NCBI GenBank assembly: GCA_951406725.2
Contig: OX597815.1
Location: 187,550,001-187,614,000, forward strand
Reading direction: 5' to 3'
DNA from: Octopus vulgaris
Lineage: Eukaryota
DNA length: 64,000 bases
Shown here: positions 13,007 through 26,085 of the stretch, piece after piece
Layout: every line of letters begins with the position of its first letter
Numbering within the stretch: the stretch's first letter is position 1
Translations under genes and position numbers: made by a program
Notes under the pieces: generated by a model
What the model was told of the DNA's origin: nothing
Database searches by the model: none
The model's input: the letters and a program-made list of their open reading frames with translations, nothing else

Positions 13007-13486
13007 AGGATTTGAAAGATATTGAAAACAAATTATTTTCTACTGATACTTTTCATGTGGGTTGTTATCTTTCACAAAGGTAAAGAAAAGAATGTTGATT
13101 TAAGCACAAAAAAAAAGAAAAAAAATGTTAAAATAGTTATCAAACAGGTGTGACATGTATTTAGAATAATAATACCCCCACAAAAAATGAATGAAAAAAA
13201 TATTAAAAAAATAATGAAGAGAATAAAAGAAAAAAGTCTACTGTTAAACATTTTTATACTTCATAGAAATTGTACCTTAATCTTTTTTAATTGACATTTA
13301 AAAATACTAAGTGGTAAAAGGTCACCATATTGATAATAACAGGGAAATAGGTTGTTCTAATAACACTTAAAATAGCAGGAATAAAGTTAGTTTAAATTCT
13401 TTGTGCATATTATAAAAGCAAACAGATGCAAGCACCCACTCACAATCCATTTGCACTCATTCAGTATTTTTAACATGTGCTCATTC

Positions 13487-13614
13487 ACACATACATACAC
13501 ACACATACACACATACATTCTCTGTCCCACACACACACATATGCACACCCACCCACACATACTCATGCACACACACACACACACACATATGCACACCCAC
13601 CCACACATACTCAT

Positions 13615-13653
<39 letters not shown>

Positions 13654-13963
13654 AACACACATGCACACACACTCACACACACATTCTCTGTCTCACATGC
13701 ACACACTCACAAACACATACACATATACACACACACATTCACTCATACATGCACACACACGCATACACATTCAAGCATACACGCACATGCATGCACACAC
13801 ACATTCATGCACAAACACACACATATGCACACTCACACACACATATACACACTTATACACACACACACATATACACACTTACATACACACACACACATAT
13901 ACACACATACATACACACACACACACACATGCATGCACAAACACACACACACACCACACACAC
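13487..13963. repeat. Degenerate (CA)n-rich microsatellite
   Basis: Seen directly; explains the His/Thr ORFs. Confidence 0.95.
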
Positions 13964-14538
13964 ATTTAATACATTTAATGCACTGTATATCAAGAATGTT
14001 ATTCACATAATCTTACATATACTTCCTTTTTCAAACACACTTCATAATTAGTGTGTTCTGTGCTAATGACTTTTGCATTAAAATTCAATAGCCGGTATTT
14101 CAAGCTTGAAAACATCCTTTTTCAATCTCTTCTCAATGATGGAACTTTCAAGTCATAGATATTAATCTCTATCAATTTTATTTTCCTTTATTTTACTTTA
14201 TTGTGTTTAAATGTTTCTATCTTTACAACAATTATAAGTTAGTGATTGTGAATCGGTATTCTTGAAGATTCCCTAGGTGCATAAGAATGTACTTCATGTA
14301 CTCCGAATGAAAAGCAAGCAGCTGTTTCTGATGTGAGCACCTGTTCTTAGTAACCAGTTACTCATAATAGAACAGTAAGAACAATATTTTGTGCGGTATG
14401 CAATCTTTGTAAATCTTTATTAATTAATTAATTTGATTAATTAATTCTGAACATTATTCTCAAATTTATGACTACAATAGGAAAATAAGTTACAAACTGA
14501 TTTAAGTACAGAATACTTCCTTCTTTCTTAAATATGTA

Positions 14539-14982
14539 TGAGGGGGTGCTGACATGTTCCTAGCTTTGGGTCAGAGAAAATAGAGGCCAATCAGTTGTGA
14601 TTTTATTCAACACATTCAAAAAGCACCATTTGAGCGTGGCCGTTGCCAGTACCGTCTGACTGGCCCTCGTGCTGGTGGCACGTAAAAGCACCCACTACAC
14701 TCTCGAAGTGGTTGGCGTTAGAAAGGGCATCCAACTGTAGAAACTCTGCCAGATCAAAATGGAGCCTGGTGCAGCCATCTGGTTCGCCAGACCTCAGTCA
14801 AATCATCCAACCCATGCTAGCATGGAAAGTGGATGTTAAACGACGACAATGATGATGATAATGATGATATTCCCTTCTCAGATTCACACTTATAGCAGCA
14901 TCCTTCACTGTTTCTATACCCTGTGAAAGAACTTAGAAGATTATGACACCCTTAAAACCAGGAACTTTTTAGTTCCCCCTTG
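14539..14982. mobile_element. Mariner-derived MITE interrupted by a SINE C
   Basis: TIR-like ends tgagggggtgctga...ttcctagcttt / aaaccaggaactttttagttcccccttg; homologous to 16417-16594, 36873-37088 and 60572-60770. Confidence 0.75.
14618..14866 (+). mobile_element. SINE family C
   Basis: aaaagcacc...ggtggcacgtaaaagcacccactacactc...aagggcatcc...ccatgctagcatggaaag, (GAT)n tail. Confidence 0.85.
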
Positions 14983-15276
14983 CATGTATTATATTGTCTT
15001 GTGGATTTTACACATAGCTATTATGGATTATTACAGAAGACTAACCAAAGAAGTATTTATGGATTTAAAGACTCTCATACTAAAGTGTACTTACCAAAAT
15101 CAAAAGCAGTAATTTTTAATTTTTAATTTATATTTCAAACAAACACCATTTTATAGTATTACTTCAAATTTTCCAAAAAACTACCATTCAACATATTATA
15201 CAAAATTTAAATTGTATATCTCTGAAGAGCAGAAGAGTTGTCTATAAATGCTTATCAATACAGGATTCCCTTAGAT

Positions 15277-15492
15277 CAGGGGTGGGCAAACTACGGCCCG
15301 CGGGCCGCATGCGGCCCGCCATAGGTTTTCATGCGGCCCGCCGAGAGCTTTTATGAATCCCAACTTCTATGCAGATACTTCGTAACTGTACGGTAATTCA
15401 CAATATTTTCACTTGATTTTTATAAATGAGGCCCGCCAAGATTCCAAAGACGCACTGTGCGGCCCGCAATCAAAAAAGTTTGCCCACCCCTG
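15277..15492. mobile_element. hAT (Charlie-like) MITE, young
   Basis: TIR caggggtgggcaaact; perfect 8 bp TSD ccttagat; internal gcggccc repeats with CpG intact. Confidence 0.95.
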
Positions 15493-15639
15493 CCTTAGAT
15501 GGACAGCACTTCTGTGAAGAAACTTTCACAATACCCTTAAAGTTAGGAACTTTCCAGCATTCCCTTGTATATTTCCAAGTCTGTAAAACCACATTCATTC
15601 TTATTTGTATCACTTTCTCATGTCTTGCTTTACTTCTGT

Positions 15640-15838
15640 TTAGGGGTCTATATAAGATTTTGCAGTTAAAACTTATGTGCAATAAACTAGTTGTATGTCT
15701 ACAATGCACAAAATATTAAACATTTTTTAAATAAAATTTCTAATAATATTTAATTTTTCAAACATCAAATGGCTATGAGAGTCCACTTGAGTAAAATAGG
15801 TATAAAAGGGGTCCATAGATAAAAAAATGGTTGACATT
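15640..15838. mobile_element. hAT-like MITE fragment (cagtggttctcaa family)
   Basis: ggggtctatataagatttt...ggggtccatagataaaaaaatggttga, similar to 53093-53606. Confidence 0.5.
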
Positions 15839-15848
15839 TGTATTATTA

Positions 15849-16411
15849 TTGGGTTGTCTGGAAAGTTTGTGCCGATTTATAGTAGCTTACCTTTCGACTT
15901 ATTTTAGAACATGGTTGAGTCCATAAAATAGGATTTGACTACACCTCCATTTAGAGCACAGTTTAAGCTAACTTTTTGTGTAAGAAGGTTTATGTTCCTA
16001 TAACCTGTGTTAATTCTGTAACCCTTTAAAATGGATAAGAAAGTTCATTTTTGGCACTTGATGCTTTGGGAACCAGACAAAAATTGCTGCAGCTCGGCTG
16101 GGATGTGTTACCCCACTCTCCATATTCACCAGATATTGCTCCTTAGGATTTCTACTTATTCAGGTCTCTGCAGAATAGTCTTAATGGTAAAAATTTGAAT
16201 TGCTTGGATGACGTAAAAAGATACCTTGATGAATTCTTTGCGATGAAACCACCTCAATTCTGGGAAGAGGGTATTTTCAAGTTAAAGGAAATATGGAGAC
16301 GCATTGTGCAACAAAATGGTTCATATTTGGTTGATTAAGAATGTAATGGCAAGTATTTATTGACCTTTTTCTTTCCTTTAAAAATCGGCACAAACTTTCC
16401 AGACGACCCAG
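15849..16411 (+). mobile_element. Internally deleted mariner (mellifera-like)
   Basis: 30 bp TIRs ttgggttgtctggaaagtttgtgccgattt, TA TSD; MDKKVHF start joined to WDVLPHSPYSPDIAP*DFYLFRSLQNSLNGK...NGSYLVD*. Confidence 0.92.
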
Positions 16412-16416
16412 TATAA

Positions 16417-16594
16417 ATAATACAGAAGGATCAGTTAATTATGATTTTATTCATCATATTCCCTTCTGAGATTCACACATTTATTGCAGCAGTCCGTCAG
16501 TTTTTCTAATCCCTTAAAAGAACTCAGAAGGTTGGGTCCCCAGCTAGGCCTTTTATGATGCTCTTAAAGCCAGGAACTTTTTAGCATCCCCTCA
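16417..16594. mobile_element. Mariner-derived MITE, truncated
   Basis: Homologous to 14539-14982 and 36873-37088. Confidence 0.7.
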
Positions 16595-17454
16595 CAGTAA
16601 TCTAGCAATTTTAAGAGATATGTCTACTACCTCTGTCTTGATTTGCTGGAAAATGGCATTTAAATAGATGATTGATAATGACTTTATTTACTGAGGGAAA
16701 TTTTAATTCTGATTGATTCATTTTTAATCAATTTTAAATGGATTCCTGTTTGTAAATTTGGTTATTATTTCCTGAAACTAAACCATTTCTGTATTGAAAC
16801 AAAATTTCACGCAAACTGGTTGTACTAGCTACAACACTTAGCATAAGCATAACTATAAATAAGTTCACTATCTCTGATTATGAATTCATACCTTTTGTTA
16901 AAATAATATAATCAACATTCATTATTTTTTTAGCTTGAATAAGATTAAATGTATAGATTAACTTTTTTATGCTTTTGTGATAGGAAAACACTGGTAAACG
17001 TGCAAGTTTATAAAATACTCTTTTCATAGCTTTTGTTTGGGCATGGGAACTTAATTTTGAAATATTCATAACTTTGTTTCTTTAAAAGCCAGTTATTATG
17101 TTAAATTAATTTATTATCATTTTGTTTATTATCTGTTTCTGTTTAGTTGAATAACTTTGTTATTGTAGATTTATCCTAGCAATTATGAAGCTACAAACTT
17201 CTTTTTTTTTGTTTTTGTTTTTGTTTTGAGCATTGATATAATTTTCATTTCACCATCTGTACTTCTATATCATACAAAGTACAGTGTTTATGAGTGATTA
17301 AATTTAAAATATGATTAAAGCAAAAAGTTATTGTCAAATATAATGTTTTTTCAGCATGATTTGTACAATTGCTTTGACGTTTTGGAGAAAATTATCTGCT
17401 GTGCACCACTTAATATGCAGATACATATAGTTTTAATCTTGATTTCAAAAGTTT

Positions 17455-17632
17455 GGCACAAGGCCAGCAATTTAGAGGGAGGGGTAAGCTGATCACATCA
17501 ACTCCATTGTTATTTTATCAACCCTGAAAGAATAAAAGGCAAAGTTGTTCTTGGCGGAATTTGAGCTCAGAACATGAAGTCGGATGAAATGCCACTTGAC
17601 ATTTTCCTTGGAGTGCTAACAATTCTTACTGC
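17455..17632 (-). mobile_element. SINE family A (diverged)
   Basis: ggcacaaggccagc...ccctgaaagaataaaaggcaaagt...gaatttgagctcagaac. Confidence 0.75.
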
Positions 17633-18804
17633 TATAGATATAGTTTTGATATTAGTTTCTGAACAATTATGATTTGTTATAGATGTAGATTGTTCACAGC
17701 AAAATTCTTGTTTTCCGCGATGACTTGATTTTTTTTTGTTTTTTCATTTTTATCTTAACCAAAATAGCTAAAGCCTTTCGTTAAACCTATGATAATTTCT
17801 CAAATATTACCATGTCAATCATTTGTAAATTAATTTACTAGTATGTCTTCAATAATTTGTGAAACTACATGTGCTATATTTTAGCACAGAAATTCGTTAA
17901 TGCACCAACCAACGATTTAATTACAATTGTAACACAGTATGAGTTCTCTTGTAACTGATAACGTTTCATTTACATTTATTTATTTTACTTTCCTTCTCAC
18001 TGACATATTTCTTGAGAGAGCATTTCAGCATTTTTTTTTCTCTTTGTTACTCTAAATTGACAAGATCTTCTAAAGATAATTGTTCTTGGATTGTTTTAAT
18101 ATCAAATCATGTCTGTTTTTCTATCAAATGCTTTTTTTTTCACTGAAATTGTTTCGTGTTACTAAGCTTCTTAATTCTCTTAAATCAATTCAAACACACA
18201 GTGTTGATAAGATTTACTACTGCTGCTGCTGCTTCTACTACTACTACTACTACTTAATTTATTGCTGCAATAGTTGTGGTGGTTGTTGTTTAGTCTCCAG
18301 TCAACCTTGATCAAGTAGGCTTGTGATCAAAAGCCTTCCAGCTGTAACCATCTTGTCTTTTTCTCTGTATGTGTGTGTGTGTTTGTGTAGGGTGGTATCT
18401 TTTACTGGAATATCTGTGTCCTCTGCCACTTTTTTTTTTAAGACCTTAAGATGTAATTTGAACTCAGGATATATAAAGATGGATAGAATGCTACAGATGG
18501 TTCTGCTAGCCACAGCCTTCATTGTGAGCTGTAATTTGCAGGAGATTTGACTTACGTTCTAACAGTTTGAGTCATACAGACACAGCCATTGGTATATTTA
18601 TGTAGATGGACAAATAGGTGTCAGACCCTTACGTGAAAGTTACTTGTGCATAACTAGTACCTCATCCAGGATGTAGATTTATTTCTCACTAACTCAACAA
18701 CAATTCGTGTAACTTGTGTAAAAAGGTAGTTATTTATAGAATTAAATTGTTCCGGGAATATTTTGATTCAATTTTTACCAAATCACATTTCCTTTCTTTC
18801 TCTG

Positions 18805-18852
<48 letters not shown>

Positions 18853-19182
18853 CAAAACACAGAGGAAAAAAGAGAAGAAAAAAAACAAACAAATGTGAGG
18901 ACATGGCACAAGCAATGTATTAATATGACACTCGGTGAAACACGAGAGTTGTTGCTTTATGTTTCAAGCATAGCAGTTCATCAGAAACAGGAAAAACAGA
19001 AAAATGCTTGTATAGGATGAACATAAAAGTTACATAAATGGCCCAATTTATGTTTTATTTTCCATTTTCTTGTACATGTTTAGGAGACATTCAGAAGGTC
19101 ATGTAGTATTAATTATCTCAGGAATCATATAACATCTGTAAATGGTAGCTCTTTTTTGTAGCATCCTCTTCCTCCTCATCAT

Positions 19183-19520
19183 TAGTTAATTTCCATTTTC
19201 CATGCTGGCACAAGGCCAGCAATTTTGAGGGGAGGGGAAGTTAGTTACATGCTCAATTGATAATGTTCTCTATCGACCCTGAAAAGATAAACAGCAAAGT
19301 TGGCCTCACCAGAATTTGAACTCAGAACGTAAAGCTGGTCTGACAAGAGCTGACAAGCCAGAGAGCTGCACCAGGCTCCAATTGTCTGTTTTGACATGAT
19401 TTCTACAGCTGGGTGCCATTCCTAACACCAACCACTTTACAGAATGTACTTGGTGATTTTACAGAGCACCAGCACCAGTACTTTAACATGGCACCACTAC
19501 AGGTGTTTTTTATATGGCAC
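19183..19520 (-). mobile_element. Diverged SINE C with an inserted SINE A fragment
   Basis: ttttccatgctggc, then an A block (19207-19335), then gctgcaccaggctcc...ttctacagctgg...aaccactt. Confidence 0.6.
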
Positions 19521-20046
19521 TAGCATAGATACGACCCTTAACTGTCACAGACATGCCCCAACATGGCCACTGTCCAATGAGTGAGACAAGTAAAAGAATG
19601 TCTTTGGGAAATAGAGATTACATGCTACCACGCAATGAAGCGTATATATGGATTTTCTTTAATGATAGAATTTATGGAATTCATATTACAATCTGATATA
19701 CTTGGACATCTACTTCTCCTTTCGTCATGTACAGACACAGTTCATTTAGATTTGTTTTCTGCTTTACACACAATGACTTATCTGTTAGTCCTGCTTTACT
19801 GAATTTCCTCTCAAACATATTTCTCATTTCATTGTACTTTTTTCCCATGGATTCAAAAGATAACCAATGCTACACACTCCATTGTAATCGTTGTATTCAT
19901 CCTATGGGTCTGCAAAAGAAAAAAAAAACAAATTGAACCATATTTTTTTTTATCGTTAAAATAGAAATGATTTTATGTCTTTGCTGTATGTGTGTAAATA
20001 TATATATATAATATCTATATATATGTATAATCTCTCTCTCTCTCTC

Positions 20047-20130
<84 letters not shown>

Positions 20131-20141
20131 CTATGTATCTG

Positions 20142-20170
<29 letters not shown>

Positions 20171-20176
<6 letters not shown>

Positions 20177-20350
20177 ACAATATAAGGGCAAAAGAAAAAT
20201 TTAATGCCAAATATGCCGAAAAAAAGACAAAAATTGTCAATTAACCAATATAATTTATAATTTAAATTATAATGGTTAATTGACAATTTTTGTCTTTTTT
20301 TCGGCATATTTGGCATTAGAATTTCTCTTTTGCCCTTATATTGCAAATTA
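20171..20350. repeat. Near-perfect inverted repeat (~85 bp arms) next to (TA)n, probably a Penelope-like terminus
   Basis: taatttacaatataagggcaaaag...attaacca / tggttaat...cttttgcccttatattgcaaatta. Confidence 0.85.
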
Positions 20351-20479
20351 TTTATAAATTTAACCTTTAAAGGTATTTTTTGATATGCTGGCCATTGATG
20401 AAATTTTTTTCCCGAAAATATTTTTATCCTACATTAGTTATACATATATATTTGGTATTGTTTACTCGGTTTACCTACC

Positions 20480-20530
<51 letters not shown>

Positions 20531-20713
20531 TTAAAGTACAAGTGAGGATATATAAACAGAGGGATAGAAATACCCAAGGTTAGACTGACCTTATAATATA
20601 GGCACACACATATATATTATTTTTATAGTATGTATTAATTTTAATGGTGCATTGATTATTTAAGGTTTTCATTATGTTTTCAATATGATATAGATAAATT
20701 TCTTTGTACGTTC

Positions 20714-20818
20714 TTCTCTGGTGATATTCTGGCATATAATAATTAGCCAAATTGATTTAATTAAATCAAATATGATTGATTTTATACTATAAACGATGAA
20801 TTGAAACAATTGTAGGTC
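20714..20818 (+). ncRNA. Degenerate hammerhead ribozyme in a Penelope-like end
   Basis: ctggtga (A6>G), attc...gaat, GAAAC-AATT-GTA, then AATAAA and (TA)n. Confidence 0.45.
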
Positions 20819-21041
20819 TTGTCAATGTTTTAATAAATTTTTATTCGTATTTCCAACTTCTCTCTTGGATTATGTATATATATATATATATATATATATA
20901 AGGGTCAAGCTAATACATTCCATGTGTATGTCCTGTTGACTTTTGTTGTTTTGTTATTTGCGATTTAAAATTTTTTAATCTTCAATTTACCTATGTGTAT
21001 GTGTGTATATATATGTCTGTCTAGCCTTCCATCCATCTAAA

Positions 21042-21072
<31 letters not shown>

Positions 21073-21201
21073 CTGTGAGTGTGTGTGTGTGTATATATAT
21101 ATACCAGAGTAAGCACATAAATGTGAAGCAAGGTGGAAAAAATAGTACTCGGATACCAGAGGTAGAGTAATACGCTTTATTAAAAAGCAGCAAAAATATC
21201 A

Positions 21202-21248
21202 CAAAAACTGTCACCCAGTTTCATGTTCTTGTTCATCAGACAGTTTTG
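21202..21248 (-). ncRNA. Hammerhead ribozyme (degenerate)
   Basis: Reverse complement aaaactgt-CTGATGA-acaagaacat-GAAAC-tgg-gtg-acagtttt: perfect 8 bp helix I; triplet mutated to GUG. Confidence 0.65.
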
Positions 21249-21261
21249 TTTAGAAACTAAA

Positions 21262-21300
<39 letters not shown>

Positions 21301-21375
21301 AATAGATATTTCTGTATGTGTGTGTATGGGGGATGTGTGTGTATATGTATATAATATATATAATGTGTATATGCA

Positions 21376-21419
<44 letters not shown>

Positions 21420-21852
21420 TATATATATATATATATATATATTCGTTCTTCGCTCACTTATTACGGTTCTTATTCTAACTTATGTCCATTGTCTGGAAAT
21501 CTTTCGTCACACATCTGTGACCTCCTCAGTGACACTTTTCATCTTCATGTGTGCTCTTACTCTGCTTATTCCATTCTATTCTTCTATGATGTGTATCCTT
21601 ATATGTGCATGCCCTGGTATTTGTGTGTGATTGTTCTTAGTAGCACTATGACCCTCTCCTCTGCCCCATCCCTTATAAGAGAGAGAGAGAGAAAGAGAGA
21701 TGTGTGCATAATATTAATGTATAATAGGATATTTTCTAGGTGCATATCACAAGTCTTAGTTGCTGTGGCAGTGTATGATCAAGCACACTGGACAAATATA
21801 AACAAATGTTTGAACATATCTGTTAATCCAGAGAGAGAGATTATAAATATTT

Positions 21853-22092
21853 ACTTCTTTATTGCCTACCTGGGGAGGGGGAGCTAAACGTAGAGGGGAC
21901 AAACAAGGACAGACAAAGGGATTAAGTCAATTTCATCAACCCCAGTATGTAACTGGTACTTATTTAATCGACCCCAAAAGGACGAAAGGCAAAGTCGACC
22001 TTGGCGGAATTTGAACTCAGAACATAATGGCAGATGAAATACCGCTAAGCATTTCGCCCGGCATGCTAACAATTCTACCAGCTTGCTGCCCT
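21853..22092 (-). mobile_element. SINE family A
   Basis: Full length; TSD gagattataaatatt. Confidence 0.9.
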
Positions 22093-22483
22093 AGAGATTA
22101 TAAATATTGTCACAACTAACAAGTACACCTCTAAACAGGGAAATCTGATTTGCATAAATAGTACCCTGCTAGCTGTTAAATCATTAATTATTGATGTGCT
22201 AACCACTGTGTTCAGCATACAAGAAAATGTAAACTAAATGAAACTGAAGTGACAGCTAAAATTTGCAATATGTCTGTGTGTACCTGTATTTGTGTGTGTA
22301 TATATGTGTGTATGTATGTGAGTATGATTTTTGTGCATGTATATGTGTATATATATCTGTGTGTGTATGAATGTGTATAAATATACACATTCACATATAC
22401 ACACATATATATGTATACACACATACATACATTTATATATATATATATGTGTGTGTGTATATGTACATCTATATTATATATGT

Positions 22484-22748
22484 ATTCTTTTATTCTTTTA
22501 TTTGTTTCAGTCATTTGACTGTGGTCATGCTGGAGCACTGCCTTTAGTTGAGCAAATCGACCTTAGAGCTTATTCTTTGTAAGTCTAATACTTATTCTAT
22601 TGGACGCTTTTTGCCGAACCGCTAAGTTACGGGGACATGAACACACCAGCATCAGTTGTCAAGCAGTGTTGTGGGGGACAAACACAGACACATACACACG
22701 CATACATATGTACATATATGACAGGCTTCTTCCAGTTTCCATGTACCA
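22484..22748 (-). mobile_element. SINE family B, 3' half
   Basis: tattcttttatttgtttcagtcatttgactgtggtcatgctggagcac... Confidence 0.85.
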
Positions 22749-22757
22749 TCTATTTTT

Positions 22758-22844
22758 AACCTGATGACCGACTATATTTATATGCAAGTGATTTCTCTAC
22801 TACTATAATCATTTCTTAAATATAGCAGCGAAATATGTGTTGTT
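22758..22844 (+). ncRNA. Degenerate hammerhead ribozyme with long helix II
   Basis: aac-CTGATGA-ccg-actatattta...taaatatag-cagc-GAAAT-atgt-GTT-gtt. Confidence 0.55.
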
Positions 22845-23009
22845 TTTCTACCTATTATATACATTATATTTTTTTTTGTAATTTACTTAATCTTTACTTT
22901 TTAATTGTTATTTTAATTTTAACTTTTCTATTATATGGAATTTTCTAGATGGTGTAATTTAATTATTCATTTTGAATTGATAAAAGGTGGTTTTTTCTAA
23001 TATTTTATA

Positions 23010-23047
<38 letters not shown>

Positions 23048-23105
23048 CACACACACATATATATACTCACATATATACATATAATATATATGTGTGTATA
23101 TTTGT

Positions 23106-23496
23106 ACAGGGGTGGCTGTGTGGTAAGTAACTTGCTTACCAAATGCATGGTCCTGGGCTCAGTCCCACTGCGTGGCACTTTGGGCAAGTGTTTTCTACTA
23201 TAGCCTCGGGCTGACCAAAGCCTTGTGAGTGGATTTGGTAGATGGAAACTGGAAGAAGCCTGTCGTATATGTATATATATATGCGTGTGTATGTGTTTGT
23301 GTGTCTGTGTTTATCCCCCCCCCCCCAACATTGCTTGACAACTGATGCGGGTATGTTTATGTCCCCGTAACTTAGTGGTTCGACAAAAAGAGTCTGTTAG
23401 AATAAATATTAGGCTTACAAAGAATAAGTTCTAGGGTTGATATGCTCCAGCATGACCGCAGTCAAATGACTGAAACAAGTAAAAGAATAAAAGAAT
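23106..23496 (+). mobile_element. SINE family B
   Basis: Near full-length match to B. Confidence 0.9.
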
Positions 23497-23521
23497 GCAT
23501 ATATAATATAGATGTACATAT

Positions 23522-23573
<52 letters not shown>

Positions 23574-23645
23574 AGAACGGACGTTAAACGACGATGATAT
23601 ATATATGCACACACACATAATTATCTCTCTCTCTCTCTCTCTCTT

Positions 23646-23697
<52 letters not shown>

Positions 23698-24271
23698 TAT
23701 ATATATGTGTGTGTGTGTATATGTATCTATTTATATATATATTGATAGATAAATTGATAGTTATATTTATATTTATATAAATGTGTGTATATTTATATGT
23801 GTGAATATACTCCTCTCTCTCTGTATATATGTGTATATCAACACTCTTAAATGCGCATATATATATATATCTATGTATGTATATACTCAGAAAGGGAAAT
23901 GCAGAAACATAACTAAGAAAACCCAGTCGTAAGTAAGAATGAGGTTTGGATAAAACAAAAAAAAAAAAGAGAAAAAAAAAAGAAAGAAACCGATAAATAA
24001 ACTGCAATAAGAAAGTAAAGAAATATATGAAGAACATGCTAAAATTGCAGAGAAAGGAATAAAAACATGTAAAAAGAAAATGTATAAAAGTATAGAAAGA
24101 ATATAGAGAAAAGCAAGAGGCTAGAAATGAGAGAGAGACAGCGAGAGAGAGAGAGAGGCAGGGACAGTAAAATGAAGAAAAGCTTTTGAGTTCTGAGGTA
24201 GTAGAGAAGAGAAGTGATAGATGAAAGTAATGAGGTGAAGGGAATTAGGCGTAGGGGTGGGGGTGGGGTGG

Positions 24272-24304
<33 letters not shown>

Positions 24305-24528
24305 AAAAATAATGGAAGAGGAGAAGGGTAAGAAGTATTAAAAAAATGAAGTGAGGTTTTGGGGAGTAGCTTAGTCATCTAGAATATCGAGCGATCTTGC
24401 AACTTCCCATTTTATATGTATAATAGCAACTCCGTGCTTTTTAAGCAAATTGTATATACAGCAACAGAAAATTGAGATTTCTATCATGCATACACACACA
24501 CACACACACACAAATACACACCCCTCTA

Positions 24529-24552
<24 letters not shown>

Positions 24553-24560
<8 letters not shown>

Positions 24561-24599
24561 CTTTATATATATATATATAAATGTATATAGTATATATAT

Positions 24600-24639
<40 letters not shown>

Positions 24640-24679
24640 ATATATTTATATATATATATATATATATACTGCATATACT

Positions 24680-24720
<41 letters not shown>

Positions 24721-24723
24721 TAT

Positions 24724-24754
<31 letters not shown>

Positions 24755-25135
24755 GCTGCATATACTTTATATGTATATATATATATACTATATATATATA
24801 CTTTATATGTATATATATACTGCATATACTTTATATGTATATATATACTGCATATACTTTATATGTATATATATACTGCATATACTTTATATGTATATAT
24901 ATACTGCATATACTTTATATGTATATATATACTGCATATACTTTATATATATATATATACTGCATATACTTTATATGTATATATATACTGCATATACTTT
25001 ATATGTATATATATACTGCATATACTTTATATGCATATATATATATATACTTTATATGTATATATACTGCATATACTATATATATCTTTTATATATATAC
25101 TATTATATGTATATAAACTGCATATACTTATATGT
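24553..25135. repeat. Minisatellite, ~30 bp unit atatactgcatatactttatatgtatatat
   Basis: Direct repeats visible; explains the Ile/Tyr ORFs. Confidence 0.9.
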
Positions 25136-25202
25136 ATACGCACTTTATGACACAAGTTGTGGTGCACCTGAGCACTGTATACAATAATTTCATTATTATA
25201 TA

Positions 25203-25235
<33 letters not shown>

Positions 25236-25815
25236 ATATATATAATGTTCACGTGCATGTGGGTTTGTTGTGAAAGGACATATATATATCTATATAGAAA
25301 AATTTTCAAGCTCTTAGATAAGAAAGTATGTGGATTTGAATGGTTAGTAATTAAGACACGACAAAGAAAACATACCTGCAAATAACTGTAAAAATATGAA
25401 TATTTTCTACGATATAATAATAATAAAACAAAATTAATTTGTGTAATATCATTAAGAAAATCAAATATGTTTCTATTACAAAACTTACATAAATGTATTT
25501 ATAACTTAATGTGCAACGACAAAACCACTTTGGTGAACCAACTAGCAAATTATCGTTTTATTTGAACATGCTGGAAATAAAGAAAATTCTCAGGAAACAA
25601 TAAAACACTGACAAGAAAGAAACCAGTATACTGTGTCATACTTTGGTTAATAAATTCCTTTGCTTTTATCACATTCCTATACCTTACCAAATATTGATGT
25701 TGAAGTATTTACGTCAGAGCAGACACTTCAGATAAGAGGCCAACTATGTAAATGAATACAGGTTTGAACAGATACTAGTATATATGTTATGTATATATAT
25801 ATATATGTGTGTGTA

Positions 25816-25859
<44 letters not shown>

Positions 25860-26050
25860 GTGTGTGTGTATGAGTGCATGTGTGTTTGTGGGAGTGTGTA
25901 TGTGTGCATAAATATATATTGAAAGTGTGCATGTTTATAAATATGTGTATACACACATAAATATACATATATATATTTATATATACATACATATACATTT
26001 ATATACACATATAAAAATGTGTAATATACATTCATATGTAGATATATACA

Positions 26051-26085
<35 letters not shown>

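Noticed and set aside
13387-14051. Long His/Thr- and Cys/Val-rich ORFs
   Set aside because: Translations of (CA)n microsatellite
24472-25187. 214-aa and overlapping Ile/Tyr ORFs
   Set aside because: (TA)n and minisatellite, open in all frames
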